Under the pieces are notes generated by a model, which worked only from the letters and a program-made list of their open reading frames with translations, had not been told where the DNA came from and did no database searches. A program made the translations under genes and the position numbers. Source: an uncultured Mollicutes bacterium (GTDB lineage: Bacteria; Bacillota_I; Bacilli_A; ML615J-28; CAG-313). From it: a stretch of DNA of 62,865 nt. This document shows, one piece after another, positions 50,912-58,802 of the stretch; positions within the stretch are counted from its first letter, which is position 1, and every line of letters starts with the position of its first letter. The stretch is taken from positions 1 to 62,865 of the forward strand of contig UQAI01000003.1 in assembly GCA_900538885.1 (NCBI GenBank). Direction: 5' to 3'.

Positions 50912-53869
50912 ATGTTAAATAGTAGAGAGAAGAAAATAATGTTTATAAATAGTATGATTTCCGTTGCTATTGCTTTAGCAATTTGCATTCCTTGGGGATT
51001 AAATGGTGTTCCTCGTGTTGAAATAATTTTGAAAGTAATAGTTTTACCAATTATTGCATTAGTTTTATTTTTATTAAATTTATCAACAAAGTATCGTAAC
51101 TACCGTCCATCATTACGTTACACAACTGTAGCTTGCTATATGCCGATTTTTACTGCAATGGCTGCGTTGTTATTCAATGGTTTAATGATGCTTGTAAGAT
51201 CTGCTGATCCTTATACAACAACTCATTGGATTGTTAATGTAATGGTTTGTTCATTATTATTTGTTAGTATTGCGGTTGTATCTCATCAATTTTATAAATT
51301 TGTGGTAACATTTAGTAAAAATGAAATGATGTTAATTGATACAGCTATTGCGGTATTATTCGTAGGATTATTATTCTACATGAATAATATTGGAAATAAA
51401 TATGTTGATTTAGCCGCAAACAATAATGCGACATTTAACTCATCTGTATTTTTCTTAATTGTCCCAATCGTATTTGGTGCTTTAATTACAGGTTTACATG
51501 TGTTATCAATGGTTAAACTATATAAATTAAATCCTGAATATTCAGTTGATTCAAGAGAACGTTTAATTAAAGAATTTATTGCAGCTCACAAGAGAGAATA
51601 TGATAAAGCTGAACAACACATTCTTGAACAATTATTTACTTATACAAGAGACCAACTAGGATTATGTGGCTTAGAAAACGATGAATTAGAAACATTAAGA
51701 CATGAGATTGAGGTGATTGAAGGTATGAAAACAGCACTTGAAGCAGAAATTGCAGAATTAAAGAAAAGTATCGCTGAAGAACAAGAAAATGCTCCAGCCG
51801 TTGATGCTAGAGTAATTGCATTACAAGATAAATTAGCTCATTTACAAGTTTTACTTGCACAAATGCAATTAGAATATGTTAATGAACAAAATAAAGTAAC
51901 TCAAGAAAGAGCAGTGCTTGAAAATGAAAAGGCAACATTAAATGCTGAAAAAATTGCTTTCGCAAAAGAAAAAGCTGAATACGTTCCTGAAGTAATTGAG
52001 AAAGTAGTTGAAGTTGAAAAACAAGTTGAAGTTATGAGTCCAGAAGATAAAGCTGAACTTGAAACTTTAAGAAAATCTGAAGGTGAACGTCGAGCAGAAC
52101 ATGCTGAACTTGAATATTTAAGAACTTCAGAAGCAGAACGCCGTGCTGATCGTGCTGAACTTGATGCTTTAAGAAGAGCAGAAGCACAACGTATCGCTGA
52201 GCGCATAGAACTTGAAAAATTACGTGAAGCTGAAAAAGCACATGAAGCTGAACTTGCAAGACTTGAAGAAGAAGCAAAAGCTGCTGAAGAAGCACACCAA
52301 GCAGAAGTTGCAAGACTAGCTGAAGAAGCAAAAGCTGCTGAAGAAGCACACCAAGTAGAAGTTACAAGACTTGAAGAAGAAGCAAAAGCAGCTGAAGAAG
52401 CACATCAAGCAGAAGTTGCAAGACTTGAAGAAGAAGCAAAAGCTGCTGAAGAAGCACACCAAGCAGAAGTTGCAAGACTAGCTGAAGAAGCAAAAGCTGC
52501 TGAAGAAGCACACCAAGCAGAAGTTGCAAGACTTGAAGAAGAAGCAAAAACTATTGAAGCAGAACGTCAAGCCGAAAAAGAAGAATTAGCAACATTAAGA
52601 GAAGCTGAAGAAAAACGTCGTGCTGATCATGCCGCAGAACTTGCAAGACTTGAAGAAGAAGCAAAAGCAACTGAAGAAGCGCACCAAGCAGAACTTGCAA
52701 GACTTGAAGAAGAAGCAAAAGCAGTTGAAGAAGCAAGATTAGCTGAAGAAGCAAGAGCAGCTGAAGAAGCAAAAGCAGCTGAAATTGCAAGATTAGCTGA
52801 AGAAGCAAGAGTTGCAAAAGAATTAGAAGAACTTGATGCACTTAGAAAAGCTGAAGCTGAAAGAGAAGCTGAAAGAATCGCTAAAGAAAAAGAAAAAGAA
52901 GCAAGAGAAAAATTAAAGAAGAAAAAAGTATTTAAACCTTCTTATGAAAAAGTTGTTAAATATGCATCAACTATTCCTAATAAAGAAATTAGAGTTGTTC
53001 CAAATGCAAAAGGCAACATTAGTAGATATTTCTACGGCAAGAGATTATTCTTAATCACAATGTCAACAAATAATGATTACCGTATCACTTTCTGCAGTAA
53101 TCAAGAAAAAGCTTTCCCACTAATCGTTGAATATCCTGGTACTATCGTTAAAGCTACAAGTCCTAAAGGTGAACAATGGTTTAGATTAGTTAATAAAGGC
53201 GAATTAGATGAAAAACTAATTAAGAATATTGTTAAAAATTCAATCGCATATTATGACGAAATAGATGCTGAAAAACAAAGATTAATCGAAGAAGAAAAAG
53301 CTCGTAAACAAGCTGAAAAAGATGCTATTAAAGCTGAAAAACAAAGATTAATCGAAGAAGAAAAAGCTCGTAAACAAGCTGAAAAAGATGCTATTAAAGC
53401 TGAAAAACAAAAGGCAATCGAAGAAGAAAGAGCTCGTAAACAAGCAGAAAAAGACGCTGCAATGTCTGCAGTTCAAGCTGAAAAAGATGCTAAATTACAA
53501 GCTGTAGCAGAAGAAAAAGCTCGTAAAGAAGCTGCATTAGCTGCCGAAAAAGCAGAAAAAGCAAAAGCTCTTGAAAAAGAGAAACTAGCAAAACAAAAAG
53601 CTGCTGAAAAAGAAAAAGAAAAACTAGCAAAACAAAAAGCCGCTGAAAAAGAGAAACTAGCAAAACAAAAAGCTGCTGAAAAAGAAAAAGAAAAGCTAGC
53701 AAAACAAAAAGCCGCTGAAAAAGAAAAACTAGCAAAACAAAAAGCTGCTGAAAAAGAAAAAGAAAAGCTAGCAAAACAAAAAGCCGCTGAAAAAGAAAAG
53801 TTAGCAAAACAAAAAGCTGCTGAAAAAGAAAAAGCTGCTCAAGCTTCTGCTGAAGAACAAGCAGCATAA
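50912..53869 (+). CDS. Polytopic membrane protein with ~750-aa A/E/K/R-rich repetitive coiled-coil tail and embedded globular domain (985 aa)
   Basis: A GAAAGGAAA RBS precedes the start. The N-terminal ~230 aa are homologous to the preceding gene. The remainder is heptad-like and built from four tandem-repeat families. Confidence 0.65.
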   Translation: MLNSREKKIMFINSMISVAIALAICIPWGLNGVPRVEIILKVIVLPIIALVLFLLNLSTKYRNYRPSLRYTTVACYMPIFTAMAALLFNGLMMLVRSADPYTTTHWIVNVMVCSLLFVSIAVVSHQFYKFVVTFSKNEMMLIDTAIAVLFVGLLFYMNNIGNKYVDLAANNNATFNSSVFFLIVPIVFGALITGLHVLSMVKLYKLNPEYSVDSRERLIKEFIAAHKREYDKAEQHILEQLFTYTRDQLGLCGLENDELETLRHEIEVIEGMKTALEAEIAELKKSIAEEQENAPAVDARVIALQDKLAHLQVLLAQMQLEYVNEQNKVTQERAVLENEKATLNAEKIAFAKEKAEYVPEVIEKVVEVEKQVEVMSPEDKAELETLRKSEGERRAEHAELEYLRTSEAERRADRAELDALRRAEAQRIAERIELEKLREAEKAHEAELARLEEEAKAAEEAHQAEVARLAEEAKAAEEAHQVEVTRLEEEAKAAEEAHQAEVARLEEEAKAAEEAHQAEVARLAEEAKAAEEAHQAEVARLEEEAKTIEAERQAEKEELATLREAEEKRRADHAAELARLEEEAKATEEAHQAELARLEEEAKAVEEARLAEEARAAEEAKAAEIARLAEEARVAKELEELDALRKAEAEREAERIAKEKEKEAREKLKKKKVFKPSYEKVVKYASTIPNKEIRVVPNAKGNISRYFYGKRLFLITMSTNNDYRITFCSNQEKAFPLIVEYPGTIVKATSPKGEQWFRLVNKGELDEKLIKNIVKNSIAYYDEIDAEKQRLIEEEKARKQAEKDAIKAEKQRLIEEEKARKQAEKDAIKAEKQKAIEEERARKQAEKDAAMSAVQAEKDAKLQAVAEEKARKEAALAAEKAEKAKALEKEKLAKQKAAEKEKEKLAKQKAAEKEKLAKQKAAEKEKEKLAKQKAAEKEKLAKQKAAEKEKEKLAKQKAAEKEKLAKQKAAEKEKAAQASAEEQAA
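52052..52255 (+). repeat. Degenerate 51-bp (17-aa) tandem repeat, about 4 copies, in frame
   Basis: Units start with GCTGAACTTGA at 52052, 52103 and 52154, with a diverged fourth at 52205. They encode AEL(E/D)xLRxxEaeRRA... Confidence 0.75.
52256..52550 (+). repeat. 54-bp (18-aa) tandem repeat, 5 full copies plus a partial, in frame
   Basis: The unit GCAAGACTTGAAGAAGAAGCAAAAGCTGCTGAAGAAGCACACCAAGCAGAAGTT encodes ARLEEEAKAAEEAHQAEV. Copies 1 and 4 are identical, and copies 2 and 5 differ by 1 nt. Confidence 0.9.
53267..53464 (+). repeat. 66-bp (22-aa) tandem repeat, 3 copies, in frame
   Basis: GCTGAAAAACAAAGATTAATCGAAGAAGAAAAAGCTCGTAAACAAGCTGAAAAAGATGCTATTAAA occurs twice exactly (53267 and 53333), followed by a diverged third copy. 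Confidence 0.9.
53573..53835 (+). repeat. 72-bp (24-aa; 33+39 nt sub-units) tandem repeat, about 3.5 copies, in frame
   Basis: EKEKLAKQKAA alternates with EKEKEKLAKQKAA. The DNA copies differ only by a few synonymous or near-synonymous changes. Confidence 0.9.
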
Positions 53870-53904
53870 TATAAATCGTTGATAAAGATTAGTAAATATA
53901 GAGC

Positions 53905-54090
53905 AAATTTTAGAGACTAGTTGGTTGGTGAAAAACTAGATTGCTCGTATTGAAGCTCCTTTTGAGAGGAATTAACAATTCCCGGTAGTTACGTTATAGC
54001 TAATTAAGTGTGTAGTTATGGTAATTACAAATTAGGATGGTACCGCGATTTTATTCGTTCCTATGCTTAGGCATGGGAACTTTTTATTTT
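53905..54090 (+). promoter_or_regulatory. T-box leader (tRNA-Ala responsive) with intrinsic terminator, upstream of alaS
   Basis: The T-box sequence AAATTAGGATGGTACCGCG lies at 54029-54047. The terminator GTTCCTATGC-TTAG-GCATGGGAAC plus T-run lies at 54057-54090. Candidate GCU specifiers are at 53955-53957 or 53943-53945. Confidence 0.8.
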
Positions 54091-54111
54091 GTATGAATGG
54101 AGAAAGATGAC

Positions 54112-56814
54112 ATGAAAAAATTAAAAAGTTATGAAATTAGACAAATGTGGCTTGATTTTTTCGCAAGTAAAGGCCATAAAATAGTGCCAAGTGCATCACT
54201 AATTCCTGTAGATGATCCTACTTTGCTATGGATCAATGCTGGTGTTGCCCCTTTAAAAAAATATTTTGATGGTCGCGAAAAACCAGAAAATCCACGTTTA
54301 TGTAATGCACAAAAGTCATTACGTACCAATGATATTGAAAATGTAGGGAAAACTGCACGTCACCACACCTTTTTTGAAATGTTAGGTAATTTTTCAATTG
54401 GTGATTACTTCAGAAATGAAGCCTTGGAATTCGCAAATGAATTATTATTTGATGAAAAATGGTTTGGAATTCCTCGTGAATTAATTTATATTACTTATTA
54501 TCCCGAAGATAAAGATACCTTCAATAAATGGGTTAGTTTAGGTGTTAACCCAACTCATTTAGTTCCAATTGCTGATAATTTTTGGGAAATAGGTGAAGGA
54601 CCTTGTGGACCCGATACTGAAATTTTCTTTGACCGTGGTGAAAAATATGATCCAGATGGTTTAGGTATTAAATTACTTGCTGAAGATATTGAAAATGATA
54701 GATATATTGAAATTTGGAATATCGTATTTAGCCAATTTAATTCTACTGCTGGTTTAAAACGTGAAGATTATCCCGAATTACCTAGCAAAAACATTGATAC
54801 TGGAGGTGGACTAGAAAGATTTGCCTGTGTTTTCCAAGGTGTCGAAACTAACTATGAAACTGACTTATTTATGCCAATGATAAAATATGTCGAAACTTTA
54901 TCAGGTATTAAATATGATGAATGTTCAGAATCACAAAAAATGGCCTTTAGAGTTATTGTTGATCATATCAGAAGTGTTGTATTCGCTCTTGCTGATGGGG
55001 CAATTTTATCAAACGAAGGTCGTGGTTATGTATTAAGAAGAATTCTTAGACGTGCGGTTAGAATGGGAAAACGTTTAGGTATTAATGAACCTTTCTTATA
55101 TAAAATTGTTTCAGTAGTTATAGAAAATATGAAAAGTTTCTACACTTATTTAGTTGAAAAAGAAACAATTATTACTAAATTAATTAAAATAGAAGAAGAA
55201 AATTTCTTAAAGACACTTGAATCTGGTGAAAAGAAACTTAATGATATAATGGAAAATGCAAAAACTAATATTATTAGTGGTAGTGACGCTTTCTTACTAT
55301 ATGACACTTTTGGCTTTCCAATTGAATTAACTGTTGAAGCAGCTGAGGATAAAGGTTTCTCTGTTGATATTGACGCTTTCAACAATGAACTTCAAAAACA
55401 AAAAGAAAGAGCTCGTAAAGCTCGTAATAGTGAACAATCAATGAATACTCAAAATGAAGAATACATGAATTTTCAAAAAGAATCAGTATTTGTTGGTTAT
55501 GACGCATTAAATTGTGATGCCAAAGTAATAGGAATTTTCAAAAATGGTCATGAAGTAAAAGAAGCTACGGGTGAAGCGATTGTATTATTTGATAAAACAC
55601 CTTTTTATGGTGAAAGTGGCGGCCAAAATGGTGATCAAGGTCGTTTGATAATTAATAATGAAACTTTCAATATTTTAAATACAATGAAATTTCCTAATGG
55701 ACAACATGCTCATATTGTAAATATGAAAGATTCTATCCTACATGAAGGAGATTTAGTTTCTCTAGAAGTAGATGAAGCATTTAGAGCAGATACTGCCGCG
55801 AACCATTCAGCAACACATTTATTAAATGAAGCTTTGAGAATGGTATTAGGTAAACACGTTATTCAACAAGGTAGCCAAGTAACTAATGAAGGCCTACGTT
55901 TTGACTTTAATAATTATGAAAATTTAACTTCTGATCAAATCATTGAAATAGAACAAATTGTTAATAGAGCAATTAAAGATAGTAATATTGTGACTACAAC
56001 TATTACAACAATAGACCAAGCTAAGGCTCTTGGTGCCCAAGCTGTGTTTGGCGAAAAGTATGGTTCAGCCGTTAGATTAGTAGAAATGGCATATAGCAAG
56101 GAACTTTGTGGTGGCACACATGTTAAAAACACTAGTGAAATAGAAAAGTTTGCCATTTTGGGCGTTGAATCAAAAGGATCAGGTATCTTTAGAATTGAAG
56201 CTGCTACTAAAAATAATATAATAACAGCTGAAAAAGAAAAATTAAATAGTATAATTGAAGATTTGAAAAATTTGGAAGAAAAAAGAAAAGCAATTATGGA
56301 TAAAGCAGCTGATGAAAAGATAAATCTAGTATCTAATCCTATTATCTTACCACGCCTTACAGGTAGTTATCAAGATATTTTAAATTATCGCGAAGTGTTA
56401 ACTCAAACTAGAAATGTAATAAAAGACCTAGACAAAGAATTTGATAATATTTATCGTGCTCATAAATCCTCCGATTATGCATCTTTACTTAACGATAAAT
56501 ATCAAGTAAATGGTACTGACGTTGTAATTGCGAAAGTTGTTGATTATGAAATTGATGTAGTAAAAGATATTATTGATAAGATTAGTGCAACAATGTCTAA
56601 TTGTGTTGTGTTTATAGCTAGTGTAAATCATGAAAAAATAGTGTTTATTGCTAAATCAAAGGGCAATTCAAATCGATGTGGCGATCTAGTTAAAGCTGCT
56701 GCTATCATAACAGGTGGTAACGGTGGTGGCAGACCAGATTTTGCTCAAGCCGGCGGTAAGGATGTAAATAAGATCGATGAAGCTCTTGCTAAAGTAAAGG
56801 AAATGATAAAATAA
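54112..56814 (+). CDS. alaS: Alanine--tRNA ligase
   Basis: The N-terminus MKKLKSYEIRQMWLDFFASKGH, the class II core, the editing domain HSATHLL..CGGTHV and a DHHA1 tail (GGGRPDFAQAGG) are present. GGAG lies 9 nt before ATG 54112. Confidence 0.95.
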   Translation: MKKLKSYEIRQMWLDFFASKGHKIVPSASLIPVDDPTLLWINAGVAPLKKYFDGREKPENPRLCNAQKSLRTNDIENVGKTARHHTFFEMLGNFSIGDYFRNEALEFANELLFDEKWFGIPRELIYITYYPEDKDTFNKWVSLGVNPTHLVPIADNFWEIGEGPCGPDTEIFFDRGEKYDPDGLGIKLLAEDIENDRYIEIWNIVFSQFNSTAGLKREDYPELPSKNIDTGGGLERFACVFQGVETNYETDLFMPMIKYVETLSGIKYDECSESQKMAFRVIVDHIRSVVFALADGAILSNEGRGYVLRRILRRAVRMGKRLGINEPFLYKIVSVVIENMKSFYTYLVEKETIITKLIKIEEENFLKTLESGEKKLNDIMENAKTNIISGSDAFLLYDTFGFPIELTVEAAEDKGFSVDIDAFNNELQKQKERARKARNSEQSMNTQNEEYMNFQKESVFVGYDALNCDAKVIGIFKNGHEVKEATGEAIVLFDKTPFYGESGGQNGDQGRLIINNETFNILNTMKFPNGQHAHIVNMKDSILHEGDLVSLEVDEAFRADTAANHSATHLLNEALRMVLGKHVIQQGSQVTNEGLRFDFNNYENLTSDQIIEIEQIVNRAIKDSNIVTTTITTIDQAKALGAQAVFGEKYGSAVRLVEMAYSKELCGGTHVKNTSEIEKFAILGVESKGSGIFRIEAATKNNIITAEKEKLNSIIEDLKNLEEKRKAIMDKAADEKINLVSNPIILPRLTGSYQDILNYREVLTQTRNVIKDLDKEFDNIYRAHKSSDYASLLNDKYQVNGTDVVIAKVVDYEIDVVKDIIDKISATMSNCVVFIASVNHEKIVFIAKSKGNSNRCGDLVKAAAIITGGNGGGRPDFAQAGGKDVNKIDEALAKVKEMIK

Positions 56815-57236
56815 TGAGAATCATGGGACTTGATTTAGGTAATCGTACATGTGGAGTGGCGTTTAGCGATTTATCAGAAACTATTGCTACATCATATAAT
56901 ACAATACGTTTTAGAGAGAAAGATTTGCAAAAATGTTTAGAATGTGTTATAATGTTAATCGCTGAAAGAAAAGTAGATAAGATTGTTCTTGGACATCCAA
57001 TTAATATGAATGGAACGATTGGTCCACAAGCAGAATACGTTTATGAATTCAAAGCAATGTTAGAAAAAAGTACTAATTTAGAAGTTATCTTATATGATGA
57101 AAGACTTACTTCAGTTGAGGTTAACAACTTAATGATTTCGGCTGATTTGAGTAGGGCTAAACGCAAAACCAAAGTTGACACTTTAGCTGCAACTTTAATC
57201 TTACAATCTTATTTAGACAGTAAAAAAAGAAATTAA
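56814..57236 (+). CDS. ruvX: Holliday-junction resolvase-like nuclease RuvX (YqgF)
   Basis: MRIMGLDLGNRTCGVA and DERLTS. It overlaps alaS by TAATG. Confidence 0.9.
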   Translation: MRIMGLDLGNRTCGVAFSDLSETIATSYNTIRFREKDLQKCLECVIMLIAERKVDKIVLGHPINMNGTIGPQAEYVYEFKAMLEKSTNLEVILYDERLTSVEVNNLMISADLSRAKRKTKVDTLAATLILQSYLDSKKRN

Positions 57237-57249
57237 AGGAGATATTAAA

Positions 57250-57618
57250 ATGAGTGAAATCAAACCAACTGATGGTCAATTAACAGTAATTGATGCTGAA
57301 GGCAATGAAAAATTATGTCAAATTTTATTTACATTAGATTCAGAAGAATTCAACAAGAAATATGTTGTATTCTATCCAATTGAAGCATTAAATGATGATG
57401 ATTCTGAACAAATTTCATTAATGGCTGCAATTTATACTGAAGGTGAAGATGGTAATGGTGAATTAAGCGAAATTGAATCTGATGAAGAATGGTCAATGAT
57501 CGAAGATGCTGTTGCTGACTATGAAGAACAAATGGGTGATGAATGTGAATGTGATGATGATTGCAAGTGTCATCATGAAGAACATCATTGCTGCTGCCAT
57601 AATCACGAAGAAGAATAA
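57250..57618 (+). CDS. DUF1292-family protein with Cys/His-rich C-terminal tail
   Basis: The DUF1292-like core (VIDAEGNEKLCQILFTLDSEEFNKKYVVFYP) occupies the conserved position after ruvX. The tail is GDECECDDDCKCHHEEHHCCCHNHEEE. Confidence 0.75.
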   Translation: MSEIKPTDGQLTVIDAEGNEKLCQILFTLDSEEFNKKYVVFYPIEALNDDDSEQISLMAAIYTEGEDGNGELSEIESDEEWSMIEDAVADYEEQMGDECECDDDCKCHHEEHHCCCHNHEEE

Positions 57619-57647
57619 ATATACTTGAATAATTTTACTAATAAATG

Positions 57648-57678
57648 CTCTAACCGTATTTAATGGTTAGAGTTTTTT
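57648..57678 (+). terminator. Rho-independent terminator (+ strand)
   Basis: The stem CTCTAACC/GGTTAGAG is followed by T6. Confidence 0.8.
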
Positions 57679-57700
57679 CTAATTATATTAAATGTTATAT

Positions 57701-57732
57701 AAAAAATAAAAAACCATATCTTTTTGATATGG
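57701..57732 (-). terminator. Rho-independent terminator (- strand) after mrp
   Basis: On the minus strand, the stem CCATATC/GATATGG has an AAAAA loop and is followed by TTTTTTATTTTTT. Confidence 0.75.
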
Positions 57733-57787
57733 CTTTTGAAAGTCTGTAAAGTTTTTGTAAAAACTATATTATAGAATGTAAAATCGT

Positions 57788-58801
57788 TTAGTTTTGATTT
57801 CGATGAATTGCCATTAAAATATAGTCTAAGGCATCGTCATATATTTTACCATTTTTCTCATCTATTTCAAATAAATCTGTGTCATTACTTGGTCTTGCAA
57901 TTGGAATTTTGGTGATAAGCTCAGTATTAAGTTCATTTGCGACTTTTTCTCCACCACCATGGCCAAAAATGTAATCTTTCTCATGATTTATTGGATTTTC
58001 ATAATATGACATATTTTCAATTACACCTAAAATTTCATGTCCTAACTTAGTTGCTGCATGTCCTGCTTTTACTGCTACATGTGAAGCAGATGGATGAGGG
58101 GTAGTTACTAAAATCATTTTGCATTCAGGCACAATATTTTTTATGTCAAGAGTAATATCACCAGTTCCAGGTGGAAAATCAATAATGATAAAATCAGTAT
58201 CGTCTGCCCATTTAACATCGTAGAAGAAGTGATTTAGCATACTGTTAAGCATTCCACCTCGCCATATCACTGGTTGAGATGGCTCAGTAAAAAATTCAGT
58301 TGAAATAATTTCTAAGTTTCCTGCTTTAATAGGAATTATTTTTTTGTTTTCATCATATTTTGGATATTGGTGTTCAAAACCTAAGATGGTAGGAAGACTA
58401 GAACCATAGATATCTGCATCGATTACTCCAACTTTAAAATTACGTTTTACCATACGATATGCTATGTTAGCCGCAACACTGCTTTTTCCAACACCACCTT
58501 TACCACTAATAATGCCAATGTAGGTAATTTGTTTATTAACGGATGGTTTTGCTCCTTTTTCTTGTTCAATTTCTAGGCGAAGTCCTTTATATCCTGCTGT
58601 AATTTTAACAGTTTTAGCAATTTCTCTTTTGAGGATTTTTTCATAAACTTTATCAGAGTTATGCATAGATACAATTAAAGTGATAAGGTCATTATCATCG
58701 TTATATGCAAGGTGCTTAATTGCGTTATTTTCCTTTAAGGTATTACCGTTACTAGGATCAACGATAGCATCTAGCAATTGTCTAAGTTCATGTAATGTCA
58801 T
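57788..58801 (-). CDS. mrp: Mrp/NBP35-family P-loop ATPase with N-terminal DUF59-like domain
   Basis: SGKGGVGKSS deviant Walker A and DFPPGTGD. ATG 58801 follows a GAAGGA RBS and lies 1 nt after the upstream stop. Confidence 0.85.
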   Translation of the reverse strand: MTLHELRQLLDAIVDPSNGNTLKENNAIKHLAYNDDNDLITLIVSMHNSDKVYEKILKREIAKTVKITAGYKGLRLEIEQEKGAKPSVNKQITYIGIISGKGGVGKSSVAANIAYRMVKRNFKVGVIDADIYGSSLPTILGFEHQYPKYDENKKIIPIKAGNLEIISTEFFTEPSQPVIWRGGMLNSMLNHFFYDVKWADDTDFIIIDFPPGTGDITLDIKNIVPECKMILVTTPHPSASHVAVKAGHAATKLGHEILGVIENMSYYENPINHEKDYIFGHGGGEKVANELNTELITKIPIARPSNDTDLFEIDEKNGKIYDDALDYILMAIHRNQN

Positions 58802-58802
58802 T

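Noticed and set aside
50653-50988. A 111-aa minus-strand ORF spanning the junction between the two paralogous membrane-protein genes.
   Set aside because: It is Ser-rich and antisense to the GAA/ACT acidic tail. It overlaps the RBS and start of the downstream + gene, and it has no RBS of its own.
52032-52841. Minus-strand ORFs of 61-105 aa rich in Leu and Gln (LLQQLLLL...), antisense to the repeat region.
   Set aside because: They are the mirror image of GAA/GCA/GCT-rich coding repeats. They have no RBS, and the + strand frame is a continuous 985-aa ORF. They are a compositional artefact.
52052-53835. The regularly spaced direct repeats might have been a CRISPR-like array.
   Set aside because: The units are contiguous with no unique spacers. 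Their periods (51, 54, 66 and 72 bp) are multiples of 3, and they are in frame within a long ORF. They are protein-coding tandem repeats.
53490-53867. A 125-aa minus-strand ORF (LFVLL...FLFQ repeats) antisense to the 72-bp repeat array.
   Set aside because: It has the same cause: it is the reverse complement of the AAA/GAA/GCT repeats. It has no start context.
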